Positions 9,067-17,517 of a DNA stretch of 64,000 bases are shown here, one piece after another. The stretch spans positions 1 to 64,000 of the IMG/VR virus record IMGVR_UViG_3300009545_000018, one strand, 5' to 3'. The notes under the pieces are model-generated. The model was not told where the DNA came from and searched no databases. It saw only the letters and a program-made list of their open reading frames with translations. Each line of letters starts with the position of its first letter. Position 1 is the first letter of the stretch. Both the position numbers and the translations under genes were made by a program.

Positions 9067-9414
9067 ATGAATATCGATCCTGTTCGAGAAAATCTATTAA
9101 AAAGTTATTCTTCCAGAGAATATGGAACTTGGGAGATTTTGGGCGAAGATCCTAATTGTGATTTTAGTGGACCTCATAGTCAACCACGACTAATGATTGT
9201 AACTGGAACTTATCACAATGTGATAGAATATGCCTTGTCACTCAAAGGATTTATCCAGTGGGGTACCGGCGGATCTATCAATAAGATTATAGCGAGGCTA
9301 GATGTTGATCATCTTTATTCTGCTGAAGCTGCAGAGCTAAAGAATAAAAAAGCAAAGCTAGAAAAAGAATTGGCTGAAATTTCTTCCAAACTGGAAAAGA
9401 TTTACAAAAAATAA
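9067..9414 (+). CDS. phage hypothetical protein (GEDPNCD motif, C-terminal coiled coil)
   Basis: 115-aa ORF ending at motif 9417. Confidence 0.8.
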   Translation: MNIDPVRENLLKSYSSREYGTWEILGEDPNCDFSGPHSQPRLMIVTGTYHNVIEYALSLKGFIQWGTGGSINKIIARLDVDHLYSAEAAELKNKKAKLEKELAEISSKLEKIYKK

Positions 9415-9447
9415 TTCCCATCTATTAACGGACGTGTGTCTCTTAAC

Positions 9448-9708
9448 ATGAAGAGTCAAGTTTACAGCATCTTAAGCGGAGAGCAGATTGAAGTTACTTT
9501 CCCAAGTACTTTAGCTCCACCCAGTAAGCATCCATTACGTCGCCATTCTGGTGTTATCGTAAAGAATAGTCTGACCAATAAGATCGAAACTGGAACTATT
9601 GTCTCTCACTTGACACTAAGTGAATGGTCAGTAGTCAATGGCTACCAAGTTATCGACTATGGGCGTACCTATAAGGCTCGTCCAAGTGAAATAACACGGT
9701 TGTTTTAA
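9448..9708 (+). CDS. hypothetical protein
   Basis: Start revised to the ATG 31 nt after motif. Confidence 0.75.
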   Translation: MKSQVYSILSGEQIEVTFPSTLAPPSKHPLRRHSGVIVKNSLTNKIETGTIVSHLTLSEWSVVNGYQVIDYGRTYKARPSEITRLF

Positions 9709-9759
9709 CCGCAGAATTTAACTGCGCCGCACTTACCCATCCTATAACGGACCACAATA

Positions 9760-9996
9760 ATGAATGTATTATTCGATAATGCCTGCGGTAAGTTTCATAT
9801 TTGTGCTATTGAAAGATTCAATGGTGGAAAGATTAGTGAATGCGCTGTAATCTATCGATATGGTGCTGTAGTACTAAAAGAACTTACCTTTCCTCCGGAG
9901 AAGAGCCAGGTTGCAATCGATATTGCTTCACATATTTTTGATGCGATTGAAACATATCATGATTATGTCGTCTGTGATTTTGCTGACAGTATGTGA
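9760..9996 (+). CDS. hypothetical protein
   Basis: Bounded by motifs 9736 and 9997. Confidence 0.7.
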   Translation: MNVLFDNACGKFHICAIERFNGGKISECAVIYRYGAVVLKELTFPPEKSQVAIDIASHIFDAIETYHDYVVCDFADSM

Positions 9997-10026
9997 CCCA
10001 TCAAATAACGGAATGATTCATAAGTT

Positions 10027-10275
10027 ATGACACAATTTCATCGTAGGAGTGTTGGTAACTACCAAATTGTAGTAAAAGAGGATACTCATGGCTATCCAGT
10101 TTTGGAATATGGTTATGGTGAAAATCCAAAACAACTTCGCCACTTTCATAAAAATGAAATTGGAACTGCAGTAGACGAAGCTAATTTCATTGCAGACATA
10201 ATTAAAGAATATCGTAGTAATTTAGTAAATCAAATCGGAAAACTGTTACAAGAAGAATATATTACTAAATTGTAA
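10027..10275 (+). CDS. hypothetical protein
   Basis: ATG 30 nt after motif. Confidence 0.75.
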   Translation: MTQFHRRSVGNYQIVVKEDTHGYPVLEYGYGENPKQLRHFHKNEIGTAVDEANFIADIIKEYRSNLVNQIGKLLQEEYITKL

Positions 10276-10648
10276 TCCCATCAATTAACGGATGAATATT
10301 TAAAATGAAATTAAAGAATATCTGGAAAAGAATCAAAGATTATATTTTAGATGTTAAAGCCACTTGGGACTACACTACCAATGAAGGTGGGCAATTTGGG
10401 GCAGCAGATATTCCTGATAAAAATTTAAAGCAAGAAAAAGAATCATAACAAACGAGTAAATTTGATATGTCACGTCGTATTACAGAGCTAGCAGTCATTC
10501 AAAAACAAGATCCTACTCGTCTTAGAATCCGAACCGTTGAGACGGAACGACGGAAGCAGGTTAAGTCTCGAGCCCGCCGTAAAGAAGCTTGGCGCAAAGA
10601 TCCCATCAATTAACGGCAGAAAGACATAAAACAGAAGGAGAAAAGAAA

Positions 10649-10831
10649 ATGCTGAAATATCTAGTAATCGGTCTGGCAATGATTGGCAGTGCATATCTTC
10701 TGATGGTATATGCCAATCCGCTCTGGCAAAAGGTAGCATTCACCACAAATCTAACCGGGGCAGTTTCATATGCCACTTGTGTTTTGATTGCTGTTGCGTG
10801 TTTCCTGTTTACCAAACTTGCCACTAAGTAA
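10649..10831 (+). CDS. small two-TM membrane protein
   Basis: AAGGAG SD; two hydrophobic segments. Confidence 0.75.
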   Translation: MLKYLVIGLAMIGSAYLLMVYANPLWQKVAFTTNLTGAVSYATCVLIAVACFLFTKLATK

Positions 10832-10850
10832 AAATAAACAAGACTCTTTT

Positions 10851-10960
10851 GGGTTGAACCTAACTAGCCACTACATAGCAGTAAATCCTTATTAGGTTGC
10901 TACAAGTAGCAAGACAGGCAAGTCAGCTGGCATTAGGCTGTAAGAGTGTGCTCTAAACCC
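10851..10960 (+). ncRNA. candidate multibranch structured RNA
   Basis: GGGTT/AACCC closing stem around several hairpins (AACCTAA/TTAGGTT, TGCTAC/GTAGCA, AGAG/CTCT). Confidence 0.35.
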
Positions 10961-10975
10961 ACTATTGTAAATTAC

Positions 10976-11149
10976 ATGAAATTCAATAATAAAACTCACC
11001 TTTACGATCCTCAGTGTACTTGTCACGCTTGTTCTCAATTTGAGATTAGCTTGAAAGACATGATTCAAAGGGAACGGGAATATCGTCCTCATTGGTCGGA
11101 GCTGGGACGACCCGTATCTGAAAAGACTTTCAAGAAACCCATCGCTTAA
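10976..11149 (+). CDS. hypothetical protein (CxCxxC)
   Basis: Internal ATG; stop inside motif 11138. Confidence 0.55.
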   Translation: MKFNNKTHLYDPQCTCHACSQFEISLKDMIQREREYRPHWSELGRPVSEKTFKKPIA

Positions 11150-11162
11150 CGGATAAGACACT

Positions 11163-11579
11163 ATGATTGAACTTGGAAAGAAAGTTAGGTTTGAATACGA
11201 TAACAATTACTACGCAGGTATTGTTATTATTATCAATCATGCATTAACAAATTGTATTGTATCTAGTCTTGATCCTATTTTAAATAATCCTGTATTTGAA
11301 GCTTGCCAACTAGGCGATCACGTAGATAAAAGTTGGTGTGGTAATCATTTTGAGTGTGTGGATAATATCTCTGATTACCATCATAAGTGGCATGGTTGGT
11401 TTCAAATGGGTGATCTTGAAGTTGTTGAGCCTCAGGTGTTTTCTCCACGCACAGACACTATTGATGGTTGCAATTGCAAGACTTGCGGTCAGTTCACTTT
11501 TATGGCAGCCGCTAATCAAAGTGATGGAACCTTCAAGTGTTATTCGTGTAGAAATAATCCAATTCGAACGTACTACTAA
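11163..11579 (+). CDS. protein with C-terminal zinc ribbon (CxxC...NQxDGTFxCxxC)
   Basis: Module shared with 22991 and 60348. Confidence 0.8.
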   Translation: MIELGKKVRFEYDNNYYAGIVIIINHALTNCIVSSLDPILNNPVFEACQLGDHVDKSWCGNHFECVDNISDYHHKWHGWFQMGDLEVVEPQVFSPRTDTIDGCNCKTCGQFTFMAAANQSDGTFKCYSCRNNPIRTYY

Positions 11580-11611
11580 TTCCCATCCATTAACGGATTG
11601 AACTAAATAGT

Positions 11612-11920
11612 ATGACTGAATGGAATAAAGAAAAACTCATCAATCTACTTACAGTCAATGATAAAGCTGTAGAGCTTGCCATTGTAATTATCTACAATCG
11701 CCAGACTTTAGAGGAACAATCTTTGGAAAAAACTAAACATCACAATGGAATTGGTTTCACAGGATGGCACGCTAGTCTAGGAACCTATTACGCAAAATGG
11801 ATTTTGCGAGGTAAGTCTCTTAGTGGTCAGCAGCTAGCCAAAGCTCGTAAGATTGCTTTGAGTTATACGTCTCAGCTCTTGGACGAAATTAAGAGCAAAC
11901 AACATCATGCCGCTCTATAG
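11612..11920 (+). CDS. phage hypothetical protein, paralog of 28747..29049
   Basis: NDKAV...QTxEEQ...NxxGF...ARxIALxY. Confidence 0.85.
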   Translation: MTEWNKEKLINLLTVNDKAVELAIVIIYNRQTLEEQSLEKTKHHNGIGFTGWHASLGTYYAKWILRGKSLSGQQLAKARKIALSYTSQLLDEIKSKQHHAAL

Positions 11921-11927
11921 GGCGGAA

Positions 11928-12003
11928 GTCACCTAGTCAGTTGAGGTTACCCGAATAAAAAGGGGGCTATTGCAATAGTTGCCGATGAAACTGGCTAGGT
12001 GGC
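11928..12003 (+). ncRNA. candidate structured RNA with kink-turn
   Basis: 15-bp stem GTCACCTAGTCAGTT/AACTGGCTAGGTGGC, GA / GAT-GA internal loop, two inner hairpins. Confidence 0.45.
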
Positions 12004-12052
12004 GGTACTAATTTCCCATCAGATAACGGATAAGATAGTGAGATAGAGATAA

Positions 12053-12136
12053 GCTACTGTGGTGGAACTGGCATACACAGTTGATTTAAAATCAACCGCC
12101 GTAATTGGCTTGGGGGTTCAAGTCCCTCCAGTAGCA
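12053..12136 (+). tRNA. tRNA-Leu(UAA), CCA not encoded
   Basis: GCTACTG/CAGTAGC acceptor stem, GTTGA-TTTAAAA-TCAAC anticodon arm, long variable arm, GGGGG-TTCAAGT-CCCTC T arm. Confidence 0.9.
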
Positions 12137-12154
12137 CTAAAAAAAGTAAGTAAC

Positions 12155-12277
12155 ATGAAGGATAGCAGTAGGCACAAAAATGACAGCGCAGATTTTCTGT
12201 ATGGTGCCGCTTGGTGCATCATTGGATGCCTGAGCATTCTGGCAGTGTTGGCTGGCATTGCAGTCTGGTTTAAATAA
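12155..12277 (+). CDS. small membrane protein
   Basis: Start moved downstream of the tRNA; one TM segment. Confidence 0.55.
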   Translation: MKDSSRHKNDSADFLYGAAWCIIGCLSILAVLAGIAVWFK

Positions 12278-12402
12278 AACAAGTTCAATCTTCCCATCAG
12301 ATAACGGTGGTAAGCAGTAAGATGTAAGAGCGGCGAAGACGACAGGATGTCGACGAAGTCTCTCGAAAATAAACAAAAACAAAAAACAAAGGAAGTAACA
12401 AA

Positions 12403-12759
12403 ATGGATCTAAATAAGTTGGTTGTGCGTAGTGGTGGTTTGGTTGATGTGACTGCGACTCTCAAGGCTTGTGGTGAGGCTCTCACTGCTGCCAATACGGA
12501 AGCGCAAGAGGCGTTTGCTGCGGTTGGTCCCGCGGTTGATGCGGTGTTTGCGAAGCATGCTGGTAGCAGCATCAATATGCCTGCTATCGAGTCATTCGTG
12601 GTTGCCGAGCTTGGCACTTCGCCTGCCAAGTATAAGGAGACTGCGGAGTTGGTTTCTAACTACGTTCGCGCCAATGCTGGTGAGAATGGTAAGTTTGAAA
12701 TCCGCAAGGGTAAGGGCGGCGGCGTTCGCCTCCGTGCCACGGCTGCTGCCGCGGAGTAA
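12403..12759 (+). CDS. putative winged-helix / nucleoid-type DNA-binding protein, KGKGGG family copy 1
   Basis: Strong SD after an A-rich leader; FEIRKGKGGGVRLR wing; paralogs at 15401 and 21779. Confidence 0.75.
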   Translation: MDLNKLVVRSGGLVDVTATLKACGEALTAANTEAQEAFAAVGPAVDAVFAKHAGSSINMPAIESFVVAELGTSPAKYKETAELVSNYVRANAGENGKFEIRKGKGGGVRLRATAAAAE

Positions 12760-13140
12760 TCCGAGCAGAGGTTAGATCTGACTGTATACTGGAAGATCAA
12801 AAACAATCCGCTGGACATAAGTTCTGCAGGCTGAATTAACAGTGCATGAGACGGCAACGCCTCATGGGATGCTAGTGCAGAGATTACCTATCAACGTATT
12901 AGCGCTAAGGAGATATTAATGCAACATAAAGTTATGCACGTTCGTGTAGAAGATATAGCAAAATTTATTGCTGAAATCAATAAATTACAGTGTGTTGTAT
13001 TAATGGTAACTCCATGTACAGTTGAAAGTCTTTATAATAAACAAGACTATATGACAGTAGAATATAAGCAACCATAAATTCAGCAATCTAATTCTAAACA
13101 TTAGAGATTCATATCTAGACGATAGTGGTAGCACTATAAA

Positions 13141-13830
13141 ATGAAATTTAAAATTGAGTGTGTGAACGCGGATACTATCACCAAAGGTTCTCGTATGTTC
13201 AAACAAATTATGCTTGAACTATGTATTAGAGAATCCAACAACTGTGTTGGTAGTGGTCTGGGTGGAAATAACTTTCAGGCGTATGCTCTTATGGATATGT
13301 CTCATACCTTGTTGGAAGACACGACAACCAAGCTGTCTGTTCAAGGTAAAGAAATGCAGTGGAACCTTAACTGGCTTGCTACGGCAAAGGCGGCTGAGGT
13401 TCGGCAAGAATTGAATCAAGTCTTTGATTCAATGCCGGAGCACCATAAGCTTAAGGCATGTGCCATGCTTGCACTTATGCGTGCAGGTAATCTTCGGCAG
13501 ACCTTTCAAGAGCATAAGGATCAGTTTCCTAAACTTAAAACCTTTATTGATAAGGGTTATTATTCTGATTTGCTATCAGATAAACTATCTATTGCAGATA
13601 AACTAATTGTTGCTTGCATTCTGTGTCAGGAGTTGGCGGCAGAGTTAGATGCCAATAATGAAGCTAATGTCGATAAAGTGGGTGGAGCATTATCTGATAT
13701 GCCTGATATTGTGATTCTTTTATCTGTACGGTTGTTTATTCAGATTGGCAGATTAATTAAATTTAATCTAGATGAACGATCTACTTGGGCACCATGGCTC
13801 ATGAACATCAATAGAAGTGTAGATAAATAA
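13141..13830 (+). CDS. hypothetical protein
   Basis: 229-aa ORF; start uncertain. Confidence 0.8.
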   Translation: MKFKIECVNADTITKGSRMFKQIMLELCIRESNNCVGSGLGGNNFQAYALMDMSHTLLEDTTTKLSVQGKEMQWNLNWLATAKAAEVRQELNQVFDSMPEHHKLKACAMLALMRAGNLRQTFQEHKDQFPKLKTFIDKGYYSDLLSDKLSIADKLIVACILCQELAAELDANNEANVDKVGGALSDMPDIVILLSVRLFIQIGRLIKFNLDERSTWAPWLMNINRSVDK

Positions 13831-13833
13831 TAC

Positions 13834-14172
13834 ATGAATAATACATTTCAGATTAATGAATCCTCTCACATAGAAATTAGTGATGGATTCATTCGCATTA
13901 ATAATTCTGTGGGTAATACAGATATTAGATATGAAGGCAACTTCGCACTCAAGCAATTGTCTGAGTGCCTTCAAATAATTCTGGAAGCTCCCACAGCTAA
14001 TAATGGAAAATGTTTTAGCAACTGGGAACATGGCATGTCAATTGCTATTGAGTTTATCGACTCTGACTATTGCAACATTTACCTGTCATGCGAATACGTG
14101 TATATCTGTATTAATATTAAAAGAGATCTGCTACCATCTTTGACACAGTTTTTTGCTAGTCCCATCCTCTAA
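13834..14172 (+). CDS. hypothetical protein
   Basis: Stop lies within motif 14161. Confidence 0.75.
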   Translation: MNNTFQINESSHIEISDGFIRINNSVGNTDIRYEGNFALKQLSECLQIILEAPTANNGKCFSNWEHGMSIAIEFIDSDYCNIYLSCEYVYICINIKRDLLPSLTQFFASPIL

Positions 14173-14175
14173 CGG
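14161..14175 (+). promoter_or_regulatory. CCCATC-N3-TAACGG motif
   Basis: CCCATCCTCTAACGG; ATG 33 nt on. Confidence 0.8.
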
Positions 14176-14193
14176 GTCACTGTATCTTTCTAT

Positions 14194-14466
14194 ATGCGCA
14201 CAATCACCCACGTAGCCATCCGCTTTCAAGGACAGATTTGGTCACTGCCTAAACCTAATCGACATAACGATGTTATTAGGCTTATTGGGACAACGCTCGG
14301 AATTAAGTACGTAGACGCCCGCAAGCGCGACCAGGGCTTTCTAGATAACGAGGGAAATTACCTCACTAGGAAGGAAAGTCTTGCTGTAGCTATGGCTGCT
14401 AATCAGCTTACAGCTCGTGCTACTGGTCATAAGTTAGGAGAGCTTTACTCGGAGGATGTTTGGTGA
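14194..14466 (+). CDS. conserved-type phage protein (RH...QGFLD..G.YLTR.E...LYSED)
   Basis: Motif pattern recognised from phage proteins; function unknown. Confidence 0.8.
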   Translation: MRTITHVAIRFQGQIWSLPKPNRHNDVIRLIGTTLGIKYVDARKRDQGFLDNEGNYLTRKESLAVAMAANQLTARATGHKLGELYSEDVW

Positions 14467-14468
14467 AT

Positions 14469-14711
14469 ATGGATCCTGAAACGTTTGCTAATAAGGTTTT
14501 ATCAAGAATGCCTGAGGCTTTTTATCGGGCAGAGAATTGCGACCTATAAGAGCTTCTGGCGTTCAAGAAAGACCTAATGAGAAAGCAAGCTCAAGGCTGG
14601 TCATTGGAAGATGCTGTAAGGTACATGCGATGTACCGAAAATGCTTCTCCTGATTTAGATGAAGAAATTGCTTTAACTAGAATGTCTCAAATTGAAGCTA
14701 AGTATAAATGA
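14469..14711 (+). pseudogene. ORF with a single in-frame TAA at 14547
   Basis: MDPETF...ENCDL*ELLAFKK...EAKYK continues in frame to an ATGA junction. Confidence 0.55.
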
Positions 14712-14883
14712 ATAGATTAGAAGAATTATTATTTGAGTATGAAAACTACTTGAAGTATTCACGTAGTTATTTAACCGATCAAGCTCGACAAAATCAATTG
14801 AATTTGGTGAGTCGACAGATTGCGGATCATTTAATTAAGATTAAATCCATCAATTTGAATTTAATCAAATCAATAAAAGACAA

Positions 14884-15099
14884 ATGAAACTTACTAAGAA
14901 ACAAATTAAATTAGTAGATGAATTATTAACAGCTGAAGCTAATCTATTATTAGCGTTTGGCTATGTTAAGGATAAACGACCAGGTAATTTCTGGCTGACG
15001 CCAGATAAGCAAGGCAGTCTGTTTATGTCTAGTGCAATGGAAGAGGTAAAGTCTTTACTGTCGGATGACATCGACATGCGACGCAAAGGTATCGTTTAA
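14884..15099 (+). CDS. hypothetical protein
   Basis: ORF followed by terminator. Confidence 0.65.
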   Translation: MKLTKKQIKLVDELLTAEANLLLAFGYVKDKRPGNFWLTPDKQGSLFMSSAMEEVKSLLSDDIDMRRKGIV

Positions 15100-15137
15100 T
15101 ACATACTCACGTACGCGAACGCAGGCGTGTGTTTGAA

Positions 15138-15161
15138 AGGCTCCTTAAGGGAGCTTTTTTT
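15138..15161 (+). terminator. Rho-independent terminator
   Basis: GGCTCCT-TAA-GGGAGCT plus T-tract. Confidence 0.7.
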
Positions 15162-15176
15162 GGCCAAAATTAATCT

Positions 15177-15314
15177 CCCATCATCTAACGGCAAACGTGT
15201 ACCTAATGTCCACGGCGTGACATCATGACACAGACAATCTTTCCCCTGTAGCAACAATGAATAGTCAGAACTACTGACGTAGCAATAATGACAAGAACTC
15301 CCATCCTTTAACGG
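15177..15314 (+). promoter_or_regulatory. Two CCCATC-N3-TAACGG motifs (15177, 15300)
   Basis: Exact matches. Confidence 0.8.
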
Positions 15315-15400
15315 AGTAGTGTATTTATTGAGAGTCAACGGCAGCGGCTTCCGCCTCCGGAATGATTCTCAAAATGAAACTATAAAAGGAGTGATTGCAC

Positions 15401-15766
15401 ATGATTGATCTCAATAAGGTAGTTGTTCGTAAAGGTGGTTTGGTTGATACTCGGGCTTCTTTGGCAGCTTTCAAAACTGAGCTGGATTATCTAACTCAGC
15501 AAGAAAAATCTGAAGCTGTTATCTTCGAAGATGCCGCCCACGCTGTCTTTGATTCTCAACCAGGCACCTCTATCCCGATGCCAGCTCTCATCGCTCATAT
15601 CGTCAATGCTATGGCTGCTACGCCAGACAATTGGTCTGAACTAGCGGGTAGGGCTCGAAACTATCTACATACTAATGCAGAGGGTGATAGGTCAGTTTTT
15701 ATCATCACTAAAGGTAAAGGCGGTGGAGTTCGGCGCCGCTCGGATATTCCAATCGAACAAAACTAA
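15401..15766 (+). CDS. KGKGGG family DNA-binding protein, copy 2
   Basis: AAGGAG SD; FIITKGKGGGVRRRSDIP. Confidence 0.8.
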   Translation: MIDLNKVVVRKGGLVDTRASLAAFKTELDYLTQQEKSEAVIFEDAAHAVFDSQPGTSIPMPALIAHIVNAMAATPDNWSELAGRARNYLHTNAEGDRSVFIITKGKGGGVRRRSDIPIEQN

Positions 15767-15873
15767 AGTACAAACAAAAGGTTAGGTGGTCTCCATAAAC
15801 ACCCGCTTTCTTATTGTGGTTTAGGTGTTATGATCCTTGGCTTATATATGTGAGTCTAAAAACACCTTTTAAA

Positions 15874-16092
15874 ATGAAAACCAAAATACCTAAAACGCCC
15901 CAAGAAATTATTGATATTCTTCATTCTATCAAAGATGTTAAATTTGAAAATGGAGAAGTGTGGGTTAAATTTCAAGAAGAATCAACCACATTTTCTGATG
16001 GTTGGGAACCTAATGCTGGATTTATCTATAATTCATTTACTAGAAATCTTTTAGATCTTATTGAAGATGAGTTAAGTAATTCGTCACAATGA
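15874..16092 (+). CDS. hypothetical protein
   Basis: Start revised (MKTKIPK). Confidence 0.65.
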   Translation: MKTKIPKTPQEIIDILHSIKDVKFENGEVWVKFQEESTTFSDGWEPNAGFIYNSFTRNLLDLIEDELSNSSQ

Positions 16093-16358
16093 TTATTGCC
16101 GACTGTTCAGACCTAGATCCTATTAACAGGAAAATGTATTCTGTACAATATCAGGATAACAGTTATTGGTTTCGACCAGTTGGTAATCGTACAGATTTGT
16201 GGGTGGCAGTCAAAGACTCCCCTGAGAACGCTGAGTATACCAGATATTCTCTTCAAATAAAGAATAAGATTTATTGTGACTGTGAGGGGTATCGGCGAGC
16301 ACATAAGTGCCGACACGTAGAAATGTTACAGGAAATCAAAAAGCAATTTAAATTATGA
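16089..16358 (+). CDS. SWIM-type zinc finger protein
   Basis: CDCEGYRRAHKCRH (CxC...CxH). Confidence 0.7.
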   Translation: MIIADCSDLDPINRKMYSVQYQDNSYWFRPVGNRTDLWVAVKDSPENAEYTRYSLQIKNKIYCDCEGYRRAHKCRHVEMLQEIKKQFKL

Positions 16359-16642
16359 AACTAGTAAAATTTCTTTATAATATACTATCAACTATAGTAA
16401 TAGGTCTTGTGATTTATTTTGGTTTTATGATTGGGGTGACTTGGTTTAAAGCAACCAATCATGTTTTTACTTCACAAAATGTAAATGCTGCTGAAGTTTG
16501 GTGCCGTGAAATGAAGCTGGAGTGTCAGGCAGTTTACTGTCAAGGTCCGGGAAAATTTACTAACTGTGACGTTAAATACAACAACGAAGTTCACTCATTG
16601 AATTGTAACACTGAATACTGTGAGTTAAGAAATGGAAAATAA
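16355..16642 (+). CDS. membrane-anchored Cys-rich protein
   Basis: N-terminal TM, six Cys. Confidence 0.7.
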   Translation: MKLVKFLYNILSTIVIGLVIYFGFMIGVTWFKATNHVFTSQNVNAAEVWCREMKLECQAVYCQGPGKFTNCDVKYNNEVHSLNCNTEYCELRNGK

Positions 16643-16874
16643 AGGAATTCCCGTTTTAGGTTTGATGCCTGGTTGTCATGCTGAGCGGGCTGGTGTCAAG
16701 GTGGGCGATCAAATTGTTTCTGTCAATGGGCAGGAAATTAATACTTGGGATGATTATGTAGCGGCTAGTGCCCTGCGCAATCATTCACGGACAGTTGTAG
16801 TGGTTCGTGAGGGCGTCTCACTTGAAATTGAAATGGTTGTGGGACCTCCGGTCTCAGAAAGGTCGTCAAACTAA
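16632..16874 (+). CDS. stand-alone PDZ domain protein
   Basis: PGCHAERAGVKVGDQIVSVNG...VVVVREG, the bacterial PDZ pattern. Confidence 0.85.
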   Translation: MENKGIPVLGLMPGCHAERAGVKVGDQIVSVNGQEINTWDDYVAASALRNHSRTVVVVREGVSLEIEMVVGPPVSERSSN

Positions 16875-17117
16875 ATGAAACGTTATATTTTATTGGCTGC
16901 AGCTTTGAGCTTGTTGGCTTGTACAGCTCCTGACATGTCAACCGAAACCTTACACAAGGCAGGTTTTACCCAAATAACAACTGGAGGCTATGCCTTCTTT
17001 ACCTGTGGTGATGACTATACTTTCAGCACTAAATTCTCTGCCAAGAATCCTAATAAGGAGTGGGTAGATGGCGCAGTTTGTTGTGGTATTCTTAAGGGAT
17101 GTACTATCAAGTTTTGA
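16875..17117 (+). CDS. putative lipoprotein
   Basis: Signal peptide plus LLAC lipobox; VCCG..KGCTI.F ending. Confidence 0.75.
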   Translation: MKRYILLAAALSLLACTAPDMSTETLHKAGFTQITTGGYAFFTCGDDYTFSTKFSAKNPNKEWVDGAVCCGILKGCTIKF

Positions 17118-17128
17118 GGTAAAATTAA

Positions 17129-17368
17129 ATGCTTACCATAATCTTATTATATATGACGGGGTTATTCCCACTAGGGATTTTTCTTAGGATCCTAAATAAA
17201 AAGGGAGCTGGCTTTACAGCTAATAATTGTTTCTTTTATGTTTTATTTAGTTGGTTGGGATTTTTTGCTTTAGTATTTATGTCGATTTGTATCGTAATAG
17301 CGTCATTATTTTACAACAATAATTATCTTAAAAAGATTGGTAAATTTCTTTTTCTTTCCGATGGATAA
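17129..17368 (+). CDS. membrane protein
   Basis: Hydrophobic segments. Confidence 0.6.
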   Translation: MLTIILLYMTGLFPLGIFLRILNKKGAGFTANNCFFYVLFSWLGFFALVFMSICIVIASLFYNNNYLKKIGKFLFLSDG

Positions 17369-17517
17369 AAAGATCATGCACAAGCGTGCGTGAGTGCGTA
17401 TATTTACACGCCCCTCAGTGAAACTAAAATAGCAGTAAACAAGCTAGTTTGTTATTCATGCGATTTAACATGACGAACATTATGCCCTGCTTGTCTGTCT
17501 GCATGACTTAGTCTAGT

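Larger units (their letters stand above)
1338..12307 (+). promoter_or_regulatory. Dense array of 31 CCCATC-N3-TAACGG motifs (putative phage promoter), one in front of most genes
   Basis: Starts at 1338,1678,1777,2036,2303,2504,2890,3268,3518,3884,4540,4959,5263,5745,5897,6141,6616,6898,7263,8237,8565,8834 (spacer 1 nt shorter),9417,9736,9997,10277,10602,11138,11582,12015,12293; all + strand; some TGACGG, AAACGG or TAACTG variants. Confidence 0.85.

Noticed and set aside
12059-12154. N-terminal part of track ORF 12059..12277
   Set aside because: It overlaps tRNA-Leu; the real start is probably 12155.
1338-12307. CRISPR array interpretation of the repeated motif
   Set aside because: The repeat is only 15 bp with a variable core, spacing is irregular (about 100-1000 bp), the intervals are genes, and no cas genes are present.
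1338-12307. Classical integron attC sites
   Set aside because: No RYYYAAC...GTTRRRY long imperfect hairpins and no integrase in the window.
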